The position numbers and the translations under genes were made by a program. DNA of 63,963 nucleotides, counting the filler, from Barthelona sp. PAP020 (Eukaryota), in NCBI GenBank assembly GCA_040182905.1. It is 3 parts of 3 records of this genome, joined end to end, with 100 filler letters (N's around TTAATTAATTAA, not from the genome) between each part and the next. Parts side by side here need not be neighbours in the genome. Positions count along the whole stretch, not along the records: positions 1 to 25,502 come from JARQWU010000145.1; 2 more parts are not named here. One strand, written 5' to 3'. Numbering within the stretch: the first letter of the stretch is position 1; the number at the start of each line of letters is the position of its first letter. This document shows positions 11,934 to 21,883 of this stretch, in pieces. The notes under the pieces were generated by a model. That model saw only the letters and a list, made by a program, of their open reading frames with translations. It was not told the origin of the DNA and did not search any database.

Positions 11934-12944
11934 ATGGATGACTATGAACAATTGAGTGAATCCAGTTATACTCCATCTTTTTTTTCTAAAGATCCAGAAA
12001 TTCAAAAAGGTATTCGTCAATATAAGTATGTTTTTGCAAATCATAGCAAGGATTTATATATGGCATATGTTTCTGCAAAAAATGATGACATTTCTTTGGA
12101 TGATTTTAAAAGATTTCTTTTTGGTACCGGTCCAAATGCTTTGGGTTTGGTTGAAACTTTTCAAGTTTCAAGAATATTGAGAAGCTCTGCAACTTTAAGC
12201 AATACTTCATTCAGAGAGTTTACTCAAGCTTTGAAACAAATTGAAAAGGACGATAATTTTGAGAGACAGTCTTATGATCCTAAAGAAACGCATTTTGATG
12301 GTGTCTTTGTTCGTGATGACCCCAATTATTCTCCCTCAAGAAAAGCTGTTGGAGCTCATCGTCCCCAAGACCACATTTTATTTGAAACACATGAAGATGA
12401 TATAATATTGCCTGCCTACACGGAGAATATTCACGAACAAGCATTTGAGTACGCTAGACTATTATCAGAAGGCAGCATTACAGTCGATGAGATGAAACAA
12501 TTTTTGATTGATAGAAAAGTGCCTTATTCTTTCCATATCAGTTCTCTTTTAACACACGCTGAAGAATCTGGTGTATTTGTCTTTTCAGATTTTGTTTCTG
12601 CCTTCAATGATCTCATTCCAATGCCTGAACGTAAAACTCAGGATAATAACATATACATGTTTCCTTCTATGTATGCTGAAGTCAATAGAGATCAACTTCA
12701 TTCAAGAACATCAACCACAAGAATGGATTCTCATGATTTCTTGAATTGGATGGATCCAAACAATCAAGAAGTTCAAGATTATTCATCTCGTCCTCAATCG
12801 TCAAGGTCTTCCTACCATCATGCTTGTCATCGTGACCATAACGACATGTATCAGTGGTCTAATATGCCACGTGTTGAAAGAACGAAACCCGTTAACCAAC
12901 AGTTCATGGAAAGCCATTTCTCTCTTAATTCAATGATGAGTTGA
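11934..12944 (+). CDS. Hypothetical protein with two internally repeated EF-hand-like modules
   Basis: ISLDDFKRFL...SFREFTQAL parallels ITVDEMKQFL...VFSDFVSAF. Confidence 0.5.
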   Translation: MDDYEQLSESSYTPSFFSKDPEIQKGIRQYKYVFANHSKDLYMAYVSAKNDDISLDDFKRFLFGTGPNALGLVETFQVSRILRSSATLSNTSFREFTQALKQIEKDDNFERQSYDPKETHFDGVFVRDDPNYSPSRKAVGAHRPQDHILFETHEDDIILPAYTENIHEQAFEYARLLSEGSITVDEMKQFLIDRKVPYSFHISSLLTHAEESGVFVFSDFVSAFNDLIPMPERKTQDNNIYMFPSMYAEVNRDQLHSRTSTTRMDSHDFLNWMDPNNQEVQDYSSRPQSSRSSYHHACHRDHNDMYQWSNMPRVERTKPVNQQFMESHFSLNSMMS

Positions 12945-13224
12945 AAAACCTTTTGTAAATTCTTTTGTGAAAATCTTTTACTTTTTTGTTTTATTGTTTG
13001 ACCAATGCTCTGTAATTTTGTTGAAAGAAAATAGGTTTAAAGAATCAAATTGCATTCTTTTATTGATTTCTACTGTTGAACCGATCCTAATAATACTATT
13101 CTAACAGTCAAGTTATATTCTTTTAGCATTATTTAATGAAATAAACAAAGAAAAAAAAAAAGGAAAATATTTATAAGTATGCAAAAATTCCAGTCTACAC
13201 AAAACGGAAATTTTTAAATTTTTT

Positions 13225-15300
13225 TTACCATTTGGTAGGATCCATCTCTCTGACTTTTCCTTCAACCAACATAGCAGTATAAGCATAAACACCAGCATGT
13301 TCGTATACATCAGGAGCAGAAGACCAAACGAAATTATCAGTGTCACCATCAACTGCTTCACCAACAGGGATTTGTCCATCAGCACATCTTTGAACCATCC
13401 AATCCAATCTGTTCATTATTGTTTCCTTTCTGTCCCCTAATTTCCATTCTGCCCACGCGGTAAACATAGTTGTGACACCCCAAGGTGGAGAAACAGAACT
13501 GACTTCCTTGTGTCCAGGAGAATAAATTCCGTCAAAGAAATAATGGTCATTTTCATATCTAGCAATGCCATAATTATTGCGAGTCAATTGAGTGACAACC
13601 CAATTGATATGACTTTTGACATTCGATGATTTTGGATCAAAAACATTGAACCAAACAGTGGCCATTGAAGCAGCATCAGCTCTTGTATCTTTTTTTCCAT
13701 CTTGACCAACAAATCTGCAAAAATAATTTCCACACCATGACTTTGTTTGTAATGTGTTTTGAAGTTTTGAAGCAGCTGTTTTAAGGTCATTGTTAGGTTG
13801 ATTCAAATAATTAGCTATCCAAATAGAAGATTGCAATCCACCAAAAGCTAATGTGTTGGAAAAGGTATAATAGGAAGGTTGTAAAGGAGTTCCAGACATA
13901 GGGTCAGAAGATTCTTCCCAAATTGAATAATCTGGCTTGATAAAACCGCCATTATTCTGAATACCATCCAAAATCCATTTGTTGATGAAGTTTACACGAT
14001 TTATTACATCATTATCTTTGACGATTGAAGGTGAATATTTGAAATGATGATGAACCGTCAATAAATACAATCCCATGGGATCATGTTGAGGCTCGACAAA
14101 AGACACAGCATCACCAGTCCAAAAGTCATATGTAGTGTGATATGACCCATCATCTCTGTTTGCACTTGTGCTCAGGAACTTTATCATTTTATTTTCGATT
14201 TCAGGAATTCCTAACTCTGCCATAAAAACAGCTGCAAATAATGCATCTCTAGTCCACATCTTATAACCATAATTGGGTGCCATTGATGCTGTTAAAGTAC
14301 CTTTTGTTGGATTATAGGCATTATATAACAAAAAGATACTGTTTTGATAAGTTTTCCAATGATCTTTTTTGCTTTGCAAATTAGAATTCTTTGCAACAGT
14401 TCTTTGAATCAATTTCCAATAGTTATCTTGCAAAAGAGCTGTTTGTTGATCCTTTTTAATAACGTTTAATGCATCATCCAAAATATTAACGATTGGCTGA
14501 TAATCGGTTTGAACAGTCTTCATTATAACCCACTTTACACTTTGTCCAGGCTTAATAGTCAAATCTTTCATTTCTGCTAAAATTCCAATGTGAATACCCA
14601 TTCCTTTAGGATGATTCATCTTTCGAGCTTTTAAATCACTGACAAGACTATCCATACTTTCATAAAAACCATAATCAGTGTCAGCTCCACCATAAGTACC
14701 ATAATAGTAACCTCCTTGCTTTCTAAAATCAACAAATTCAATTCTATTTCCTTGATAATCTTGACTCCAGAAATATTGATCATTATAATCACCTTTGGTC
14801 TTGGTAATATCAGCAATAGAAAGATGCAGATCAGAATTTTTTAAGTTTTTAATGCAATATTCAATTACAGTGTATGATTTATGAGGAATATTCATATAAG
14901 ACTTTGTTAATTCAAAAGGAATATCTTTATTATTGTAACCAATGGCTTTTGTGATAAAAGAACCAATCAATTGTTGTTTGTCTTCATCATAACCAATTCT
15001 AGTTGTCATTTCCCATAAAGATGGATCAACATAATTGAAATCATCAGTTATAACAATAAAACTCTCAAAATCAATATTGTTTTTAGACATATCAGGTGCA
15101 ATTCTGATAGAATTCAATCCAACAGGTCTAATACGATTTTGCAAAAAATAATCCCTATTTTGAGCAAAACTAACAAAGTAAGACTCCCAATTTGATAAAA
15201 TCATGGAAGGAATGGAATGTTGGATTTCTTTGGAATCAAAACAATTACTGGTACCTACTAATATTAAGGCTGTCAATAACAGGACTGATAATACTTTCAT
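13225..15300 (-). CDS. Secreted GH15-like glycoside hydrolase (glucoamylase/six-hairpin)
   Basis: Signal peptide from the ATG at 15300 (MKVLSVLLLTALILVG). WTRDA, SIWEE, DAAS, GIARYENDHYF and PWxxTTxF motifs. Confidence 0.8.
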   Translation of the reverse strand: MKVLSVLLLTALILVGTSNCFDSKEIQHSIPSMILSNWESYFVSFAQNRDYFLQNRIRPVGLNSIRIAPDMSKNNIDFESFIVITDDFNYVDPSLWEMTTRIGYDEDKQQLIGSFITKAIGYNNKDIPFELTKSYMNIPHKSYTVIEYCIKNLKNSDLHLSIADITKTKGDYNDQYFWSQDYQGNRIEFVDFRKQGGYYYGTYGGADTDYGFYESMDSLVSDLKARKMNHPKGMGIHIGILAEMKDLTIKPGQSVKWVIMKTVQTDYQPIVNILDDALNVIKKDQQTALLQDNYWKLIQRTVAKNSNLQSKKDHWKTYQNSIFLLYNAYNPTKGTLTASMAPNYGYKMWTRDALFAAVFMAELGIPEIENKMIKFLSTSANRDDGSYHTTYDFWTGDAVSFVEPQHDPMGLYLLTVHHHFKYSPSIVKDNDVINRVNFINKWILDGIQNNGGFIKPDYSIWEESSDPMSGTPLQPSYYTFSNTLAFGGLQSSIWIANYLNQPNNDLKTAASKLQNTLQTKSWCGNYFCRFVGQDGKKDTRADAASMATVWFNVFDPKSSNVKSHINWVVTQLTRNNYGIARYENDHYFFDGIYSPGHKEVSSVSPPWGVTTMFTAWAEWKLGDRKETIMNRLDWMVQRCADGQIPVGEAVDGDTDNFVWSSAPDVYEHAGVYAYTAMLVEGKVREMDPTKW

Positions 15301-15683
15301 TGAACTTAATAACAATAGATTGTTATTTTATTTTTTTTTATCTGAAATTTTATCTGATTATTTGCAAATTATTTACCACAAATAAAACTTCTTAATTCCC
15401 TTTTGCAGTTTTTTTAGAAGAACATAATCATTGTTTTTTCAGGAAAAAATGATAGAATTGTGTGGAGAAAAGCTGAAGACATTTTCCCTAAAAATGGCGT
15501 AATTAATGTAAAATGGTTGTTTAAAAACCAATCAGTCACAAATAACTGAATTTTTAAGAGAAAAGTTGTTTTTAAATGAATTTTCCATATGTGAAGTGAA
15601 AAACTATTGAATAATGAGAGTTACTAAAATGAAATAAAACGTTTTATTAAACTTTAGAATTTTTTTTTCAAAAGGGTGAGGAG

Positions 15684-18600
15684 ATGAATTGCGAAACAAA
15701 AATTCACCTGTTTTTTTTCTTTGAACACTTTTTATTTTTTCATGAAAATTTGAAATTGAACACGCCATTTAGTAACAAGATATCACCTTTGAGACGTTCT
15801 ACTCAAGGATTTTCGACTCAACGGAGTTTTAATGAATCAACTTTTAGAAATATAGAATCAGGGAAAAGTGATGATGATCATGATTCACATATGACTAAAA
15901 GTTATTTGTCTTCAGATGATGATGGAGATTTTAATATGATTGAAGAAGATAAAGAAAGAGAAATGGAAGTTTCTGATATTGATTCTGATTTTGAACAATT
16001 TATTGATGGTGAAAAGATTGACTCACATATCGTTAATTCATTTTTTTGGGCTATTAGAGTTTTAGGAAAATGGCGGTTCTTTTTCTATTTATATCCACCA
16101 AAATTATTGCCAGTTATTTCTGAAGTTGATTTGAAAGCGTTATTTTTGATTAAGGCTTCACAATGGAAGAATGACTTACTGTTAAAAACTGCCTTGAAGA
16201 ATTCTTCCAATTTGTTGAATGTTTCAACTGAAAAAGATAAATTAGATGAGTTTGTCACAGAATTTGACGATTTTCACATTGAAATTGACCGATTTCATTC
16301 ACCCCCAGAAATTGATGTTTCGCCTGAGTTTGAAACAACTGAGTTCATTCCTAGTTCCATGGAAAATGAGCTTGAGTTATTAGATGATATAATTGGAGCT
16401 CAAAAATTTAGTTTCAAACGTGAACCAACATTTGAGGAAGAAAAAGAAGGGGAGTGCAAGAATTTGTCGGAGACATTTGATAAGAATGAAATTAATAGCA
16501 ATAGGTTTTTTCATGGTTCCAAAAGAGCTGTTAAAAATGAAAAGAATAGTCCGCTAAATGTGAAAAATAGAGGTGATTTGGAGAGATTGGAGAAATTTTC
16601 CAGCCCAAAGGCGGGTAGCACAACCAATAGAGGTTTTAGTGATTACAATATTGAATTTGACATTTATAAGGATGATTCGAAACCCAAAGCCACTGATGGA
16701 TTTGTGAGTGCTGGTTCAAATAGGTTAGAGGAAACCAATGGTTTTGTATCAGCTGGTTCGAAGAAACCAAAAGCCACTGATGGATTTGTGAGTGCTGGTT
16801 CAAATAGGTTAGAGGAAACTAATGGTTTTGTATCAGCTGGTTCGAAGAAACCAAAAATAAAATCCCCAAAGAGTTCAATCAAGAACAAACCAAACAATGA
16901 AACCAGTGTCAGAACAAATAGTTCTAAAAGTATGGGAAATGATGCACTTGGAGATGTCTTTCCTGAGTATTCAGAACACAGATGTCCTTGCGATGACACG
17001 GATTTCATAAACAACTTCAAACAACCCCCGAATGAATATATTGAACTTTATGGAAACATGGATGAATCTTTGTTGATTGGAGAGTCCTTTTTCAGTTTAC
17101 CAAGTAATGATGAGATCTTTGACTGTTTGGAAGAATGGAGTGCTGCGCAGGTAATTCACATCAAAGATGAGCTGTTGTTGTTTAAGGCACTTAATAATCC
17201 GAAACGCAAGGAAAATGTTAAGATTGATTTTTCAAAGACATTTTCTTCTGCACCTGTAGATTTTATTTACGAAGTAGTTGAACAGATTTTGTCCTTAACC
17301 AATCCTATTTTGGAAATACCAGATATGAAATACTTAAAGTGTTTTGTAAAGTTCCGCTATTCTTTGATTGTGTGGAAATTGAAGTCTTTACCGTTGTTTT
17401 CTTATCGATTAAATGTACCTGCCAGTTTTTCACGATTGTATCCAATGGAGACTAATTTTGATGCTGCAGCTATATTTTTAACCATTCAAACGATTATTAA
17501 GATCTATGTTTATGATATTTATCCAACTTATTTGCTATACTTTCTTCAAATGGTATCTCCTATGTTGTCTTGTGTTCATTTAGTTGTGAATATTAATAAT
17601 AAAAAATATTTAAGTGATGGGTACTTTATTTTACCTTTTGAAAGTATAAAAGAGCTTAAATGTGGAGAAAAGATCTTGACTAGAAATGTTCAGGTTGATT
17701 TGTCATGTTCAAATCCGTATTTAGCTCCTTTTCAATGTTTATATGATATCATGGAGCGAAATAAGCAGATTAAGAATATTTTGCTGTTGAATTACAATGG
17801 AACGAACAGAGTAAATCCGTTGAAGCGAATTGGTTGTGATCCTGTGTACAATCCTTTGGTTCCTTTAAAAGAGATTAAGGTTAACAATGGTATTGTTAGT
17901 TGTTTTCAAGGGTTAATCATTACTAAACCTTTAAAACGGTATTTATTCAATGGTAAATTAGTTTTTGAAAGTTATCTTGAGCGGTATGAACAACAGATTC
18001 ATCAAACATTTGAGTATTTGTTTGAAGTTATTGATAATAAAGAAATTTTGGAAAAGAACCTTAACAAAATAAGATCAAATCTCAAGCCTTATATTTCTTT
18101 AGTCAACACTTGTTTAATACGTTGTGTGAAGTCAACAACAATTATGCTTTTACAATTTCCCAACGATTGGGAAGAACATATTCAAAAAGGTAAAATTTAT
18201 GAGTTTCATCAGTTCAGTGCCATTAAACAAAGTGTCAATATGCTTGTTTCCATCAAATCTTCGTCGTTTCATGAAGTTGATGAAAAATTTGATGAAACAA
18301 ATCTTTTGAATTATCCTTTGCTGGACATCAATCTTCCTTTGGGTTGTCATATAAATTGCATTGGAAAAGTTGTTTATATTGATGATAGAAAAGACGAATT
18401 TTCACCACCATCATTTGATATTCAATCAAAAAGCGCTTTTTTCAAGCAAAATAGATCATTTTCGCAATCAGAAATGGATTTGGAGATAGATTATGATGAT
18501 ATGGTCGAAGATAAATTGTTTGAATATTTTGACCATTTTATTGAAGTAATTAAGCTGAAATTAACCAGTTGTTTTGTTATTTTGATATCAGAGAGTTATC

Positions 18601-18848
18601 AAATAATTGTTTTAACTATCAAAAAACCAAATTTTTGCGATATCTCAGAAATTTATCCATCAATCAAAATTGGTTGTTCGGTTGACATTTCAGGTGCAAT
18701 TTTTAAGTTGTTCAATCATAACTTACAAATTTTTGAGTTGGAATTAATTGAATCTTCGATAATTAAAAAAATTGATGCTTTGAACATTGAAAATGAAAAC
18801 ACATTGGTTGAGAACATCTTTAACATGTTGAATTTGAGAACTTCATAA
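15684..18848 (+). CDS. BRCA2: Divergent BRCA2 homologue (helical and OB-fold DNA-binding domain; FxxA repeats); true start uncertain
   Basis: Collinear matches to the BRCA2 DBD: RYSLIVWKL (HYRWIIWKL), LSDGYF...LKCGEKI (LTDGWY...LTVGQKI), LLNYNGTNR...KRIG (KISANSTR...TKLG), PLKEIKVNNGIVSC (PLSSLFSDGGNVGC). Four GFVSAGS units lie upstream. Confidence 0.8.
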   Translation: MNCETKIHLFFFFEHFLFFHENLKLNTPFSNKISPLRRSTQGFSTQRSFNESTFRNIESGKSDDDHDSHMTKSYLSSDDDGDFNMIEEDKEREMEVSDIDSDFEQFIDGEKIDSHIVNSFFWAIRVLGKWRFFFYLYPPKLLPVISEVDLKALFLIKASQWKNDLLLKTALKNSSNLLNVSTEKDKLDEFVTEFDDFHIEIDRFHSPPEIDVSPEFETTEFIPSSMENELELLDDIIGAQKFSFKREPTFEEEKEGECKNLSETFDKNEINSNRFFHGSKRAVKNEKNSPLNVKNRGDLERLEKFSSPKAGSTTNRGFSDYNIEFDIYKDDSKPKATDGFVSAGSNRLEETNGFVSAGSKKPKATDGFVSAGSNRLEETNGFVSAGSKKPKIKSPKSSIKNKPNNETSVRTNSSKSMGNDALGDVFPEYSEHRCPCDDTDFINNFKQPPNEYIELYGNMDESLLIGESFFSLPSNDEIFDCLEEWSAAQVIHIKDELLLFKALNNPKRKENVKIDFSKTFSSAPVDFIYEVVEQILSLTNPILEIPDMKYLKCFVKFRYSLIVWKLKSLPLFSYRLNVPASFSRLYPMETNFDAAAIFLTIQTIIKIYVYDIYPTYLLYFLQMVSPMLSCVHLVVNINNKKYLSDGYFILPFESIKELKCGEKILTRNVQVDLSCSNPYLAPFQCLYDIMERNKQIKNILLLNYNGTNRVNPLKRIGCDPVYNPLVPLKEIKVNNGIVSCFQGLIITKPLKRYLFNGKLVFESYLERYEQQIHQTFEYLFEVIDNKEILEKNLNKIRSNLKPYISLVNTCLIRCVKSTTIMLLQFPNDWEEHIQKGKIYEFHQFSAIKQSVNMLVSIKSSSFHEVDEKFDETNLLNYPLLDINLPLGCHINCIGKVVYIDDRKDEFSPPSFDIQSKSAFFKQNRSFSQSEMDLEIDYDDMVEDKLFEYFDHFIEVIKLKLTSCFVILISESYQIIVLTIKKPNFCDISEIYPSIKIGCSVDISGAIFKLFNHNLQIFELELIESSIIKKIDALNIENENTLVENIFNMLNLRTS
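16680..16856 (+). repeat. Coding tandem repeat: 2 x 84 bp, each made of two related 42-bp subunits
   Basis: Units 16680-16763 and 16764-16847 differ at only two synonymous positions and encode (KPKATDGFVSAGSN RLEETNGFVSAGSK)x2. Confidence 0.95.
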
Positions 18849-19065
18849 GTTTTACCATCATATTTTATTCACTTCACCACATACTAGTGCTGTCCACTGT
18901 TATTTAGTCCTTTTTCCACATATAAATAAATTATTCTTTATTATATATTTATGCATTTATTAATAACACTTATCGATAATAGACGAAAAGCATTACATTC
19001 AAAGAGTTTGGCAAGTGCTTGTTTTTTTTTTCTTTTTTGATTTTCTTCGTTTATGATGGTTTGAT

Positions 19066-20271
19066 ATGCTTGATGAATTGAATCCTGAATTTGAAAGTTA
19101 TGTTTGGAGTGTGCTTATCCCCAAAATTGATGAAAATAATGTGCATATTGGTAGTTTCCTTTCAAATTTTATGTATGATAGTCAATACTCACCCGATGGT
19201 AGAATTTTGGTTGTTGCTTGTGGTGAAGAAGCTCATGTAATTGATAAAGCTGGAAGACTGAATTTTTCTTTGAAAGATCATGAAAGTAACATTTGTAGCA
19301 TTGCTTTTTCACCAGATGGAGATAAATTGGCAACATGTTCTCAAGACAACACCATTATTGTGTACAACGTTCAAGATTTCTCCATCGCATGTAGATTGAA
19401 TAACAATGTTGGTATTTTTGGGATTTGTTTTTCCCATTGTTCTAATTACATATATTCTGGTGATGAATACGGAGTTCTTAAGAAGTGGAATATAAATATT
19501 GGTAGTGTTATAGTGGAAAAGAAAGTTTTTTCAGGGAGTATTTGGCGAGTAAAATTTTCACCAAATGATAAACATCTTTTGATCTGTTGTGATGATAGAA
19601 ATGTCAAATTGATTATGGACTCCTCAAACAATTTCTCTGTTATTCGTACATTCATTCATGATGAAATTATTGGATGCGTTGAATTCCACCCGACCCAAAG
19701 GATCATTGCTGTTGGGGATATATCAAACAAAGCCATACTCTGGAACATGGATGCTGGAGCACTTATTCACACATTCCATATGGGTGGTAAAGTATGGGAT
19801 GTTCATTTCCTCAACCCGAATATTCTGCTTGTTTTGTCTGGTGATGGTTATATTACATCATACAATATGTATGGGTTTCAGGAAATTCAAAAGGTACTTT
19901 GTGATTGTAAAAGAAAAGGAGCTTCTTCTTTTGCTTTTTCGCCTGACAGAAGAAATTTAGCTTGTGGAAAATGTGACGATTACCTCAAGATTTATTCAAT
20001 TGTGTTTGAATTTTGCTGTTCAGATCAGACCTCACTGATTGAATTATCAAAAAATGGTCGAAATGTGTTATCAAATCTTTTTTCTGTATGTATTGATAGT
20101 CAAATGATTAGACAATTGGTGAGTGCAGGTGTTTGCATGAATGAAGAAGAGTATAAGATGGTTGTTGATGCATGTTGGGATTTGGTTGATATCAACACAA
20201 ACAATGGTGGTAACATGTACTCATTTATGAATCTACAAAGTGATGCAAGTGATGAGGATGATGATGTTTAG
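19066..20271 (+). CDS. WD40 beta-propeller protein with family-specific C-terminal domain (paralogue of 34809-36014)
   Basis: Multiple WD40 blades (YSPDG, FSPDG...CSQD, FHPT...LWN); C-terminal IRQLVSAGVCMNEEEY...CWDLVDIN...GGN. Confidence 0.9.
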   Translation: MLDELNPEFESYVWSVLIPKIDENNVHIGSFLSNFMYDSQYSPDGRILVVACGEEAHVIDKAGRLNFSLKDHESNICSIAFSPDGDKLATCSQDNTIIVYNVQDFSIACRLNNNVGIFGICFSHCSNYIYSGDEYGVLKKWNINIGSVIVEKKVFSGSIWRVKFSPNDKHLLICCDDRNVKLIMDSSNNFSVIRTFIHDEIIGCVEFHPTQRIIAVGDISNKAILWNMDAGALIHTFHMGGKVWDVHFLNPNILLVLSGDGYITSYNMYGFQEIQKVLCDCKRKGASSFAFSPDRRNLACGKCDDYLKIYSIVFEFCCSDQTSLIELSKNGRNVLSNLFSVCIDSQMIRQLVSAGVCMNEEEYKMVVDACWDLVDINTNNGGNMYSFMNLQSDASDEDDDV

Positions 20272-21883
20272 TCTGTATTGTTTGCAATCAACCTAATTTG
20301 TTTTTGTTCTTCAGAAGTATTATTGTTTATTGCTTTATTCACACACTTTTTGTTTGTTGTCTCATTCAATAGGTTAAGTCCAGCAGTTTCCTTTTTCATT
20401 TTAAATATGGTGACGAATTTATTAATGATCTGCGCGATGAGACACTCATTTTCTGGATTTCTGACTTTGAGCATGTACAGCTTCAAAATTTTGATGCAGT
20501 TGTGCTTGTAGTCTGCAACTCGACCACATTAAGTTATCGCTGCATAAATTGTTTATTGTCTTTGTTCATTTTTTTTTTACATCAAAAGTTTTCAAAATTT
20601 GATGTTGTTTCATTCTTTATTGAAAAAATGAATAAACTTTAATCTTTGGTTGTTTTAATTGCTTCATTATTTTCAAGGAGAAGAAATATTAGTTTTGACA
20701 TACTGTTATAAAGGCCATAAACAGAGCTATTTACGCTGTGAGAAATGAAAGATTTATTGATCTTTCAAAGAGTTATTTGTTTCCATCTCTGTTGAGCTGT
20801 TTAATTGTGAAACAACAAATTCATTGACATAAAACTCAAACAAATAGTTTATTCATTAAATTTCGGTTGTTAAAAATTAGCAGAATCAAATCAACGGAGA
20901 AGTTTTGAATCAATTTGCATTATTCCCATTAAGCTTCTTTAAAAGCAATGTTTTTAAGTTTTTCAATCTTATTTAAAGAAAATTCAAGGTTTCAAAAAGG
21001 TCAATTGAGCCTCAAAGGCGTTTGCCAAACAAATATTATCTTTTTGCTTGCTTATACTCAGAATTTTTCTTTATTTATTTGTTTCATAATGGAAAGAATA
21101 AAATATGAATACTTTTTGATTCTTTTTTATGAATGAATGGCAATTTGAATAGAGAAAGAGTATCGTCAGAGGATTGTTTCAACTGAATTTAAGTTCTTCT
21201 CTTCATTTTTAATTGGACAAAAGTTCTGCCAAAATGGTTTTAAAGCCCGAACTCATTTTTTAAGTCGTCAACCAATAATTGTTTTTACAGTAGTTTGAAA
21301 GATGTTTCGTATCTAACACCCTATCTGGTTTTCCCTTTCTTTGTTCCCAAATAATTCTAGTATTATAGGAAATTAAGCTTGACCGTTGACATAAAAATCA
21401 AAATTTTCTCACTATTTATCCCAAAAAGTGAGATAGAATGATAAATCAATGTGCAAATCAAAAAAAAAAAGTTTGATGCCAAAAAGGAAAATTTTTGCTT
21501 TTAAATTGTCAACTGAAAGAACATGTTCCAACATTGAAGATTTGAAAGTCCTTAAAATGGGATAACTATGACCAACCAAAGTTGTAGGCAACGTTTTTAG
21601 GGTTTGATGAAATAGATCTCATTTGTCTTCAATCATTTCGGTTATAAACGTTTCTTTTTTATAAATAAAACAAATGAATACAAATGAATTGTCACTAAGA
21701 TTTTTTGAAATGCTCCAAATAGCTTAAATGTGTGAAAAATCTGACAATTTGTAATTTTTTTTAAATTAATAAATATTTTTCGTCAATTAGTTTGAAACCA
21801 CAAAGAAAACGCCAGAAAATGGAAAAAAAAAATCCTTTTCCCAATTTAGAAACCAATATTGTTTTTTTCGATCTGTGATAATA

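Noticed and set aside
16680..16856. Repeat as a CRISPR array
   Set aside because: In-frame coding tandem duplication with no unique spacers, no cas genes, and a eukaryotic context.
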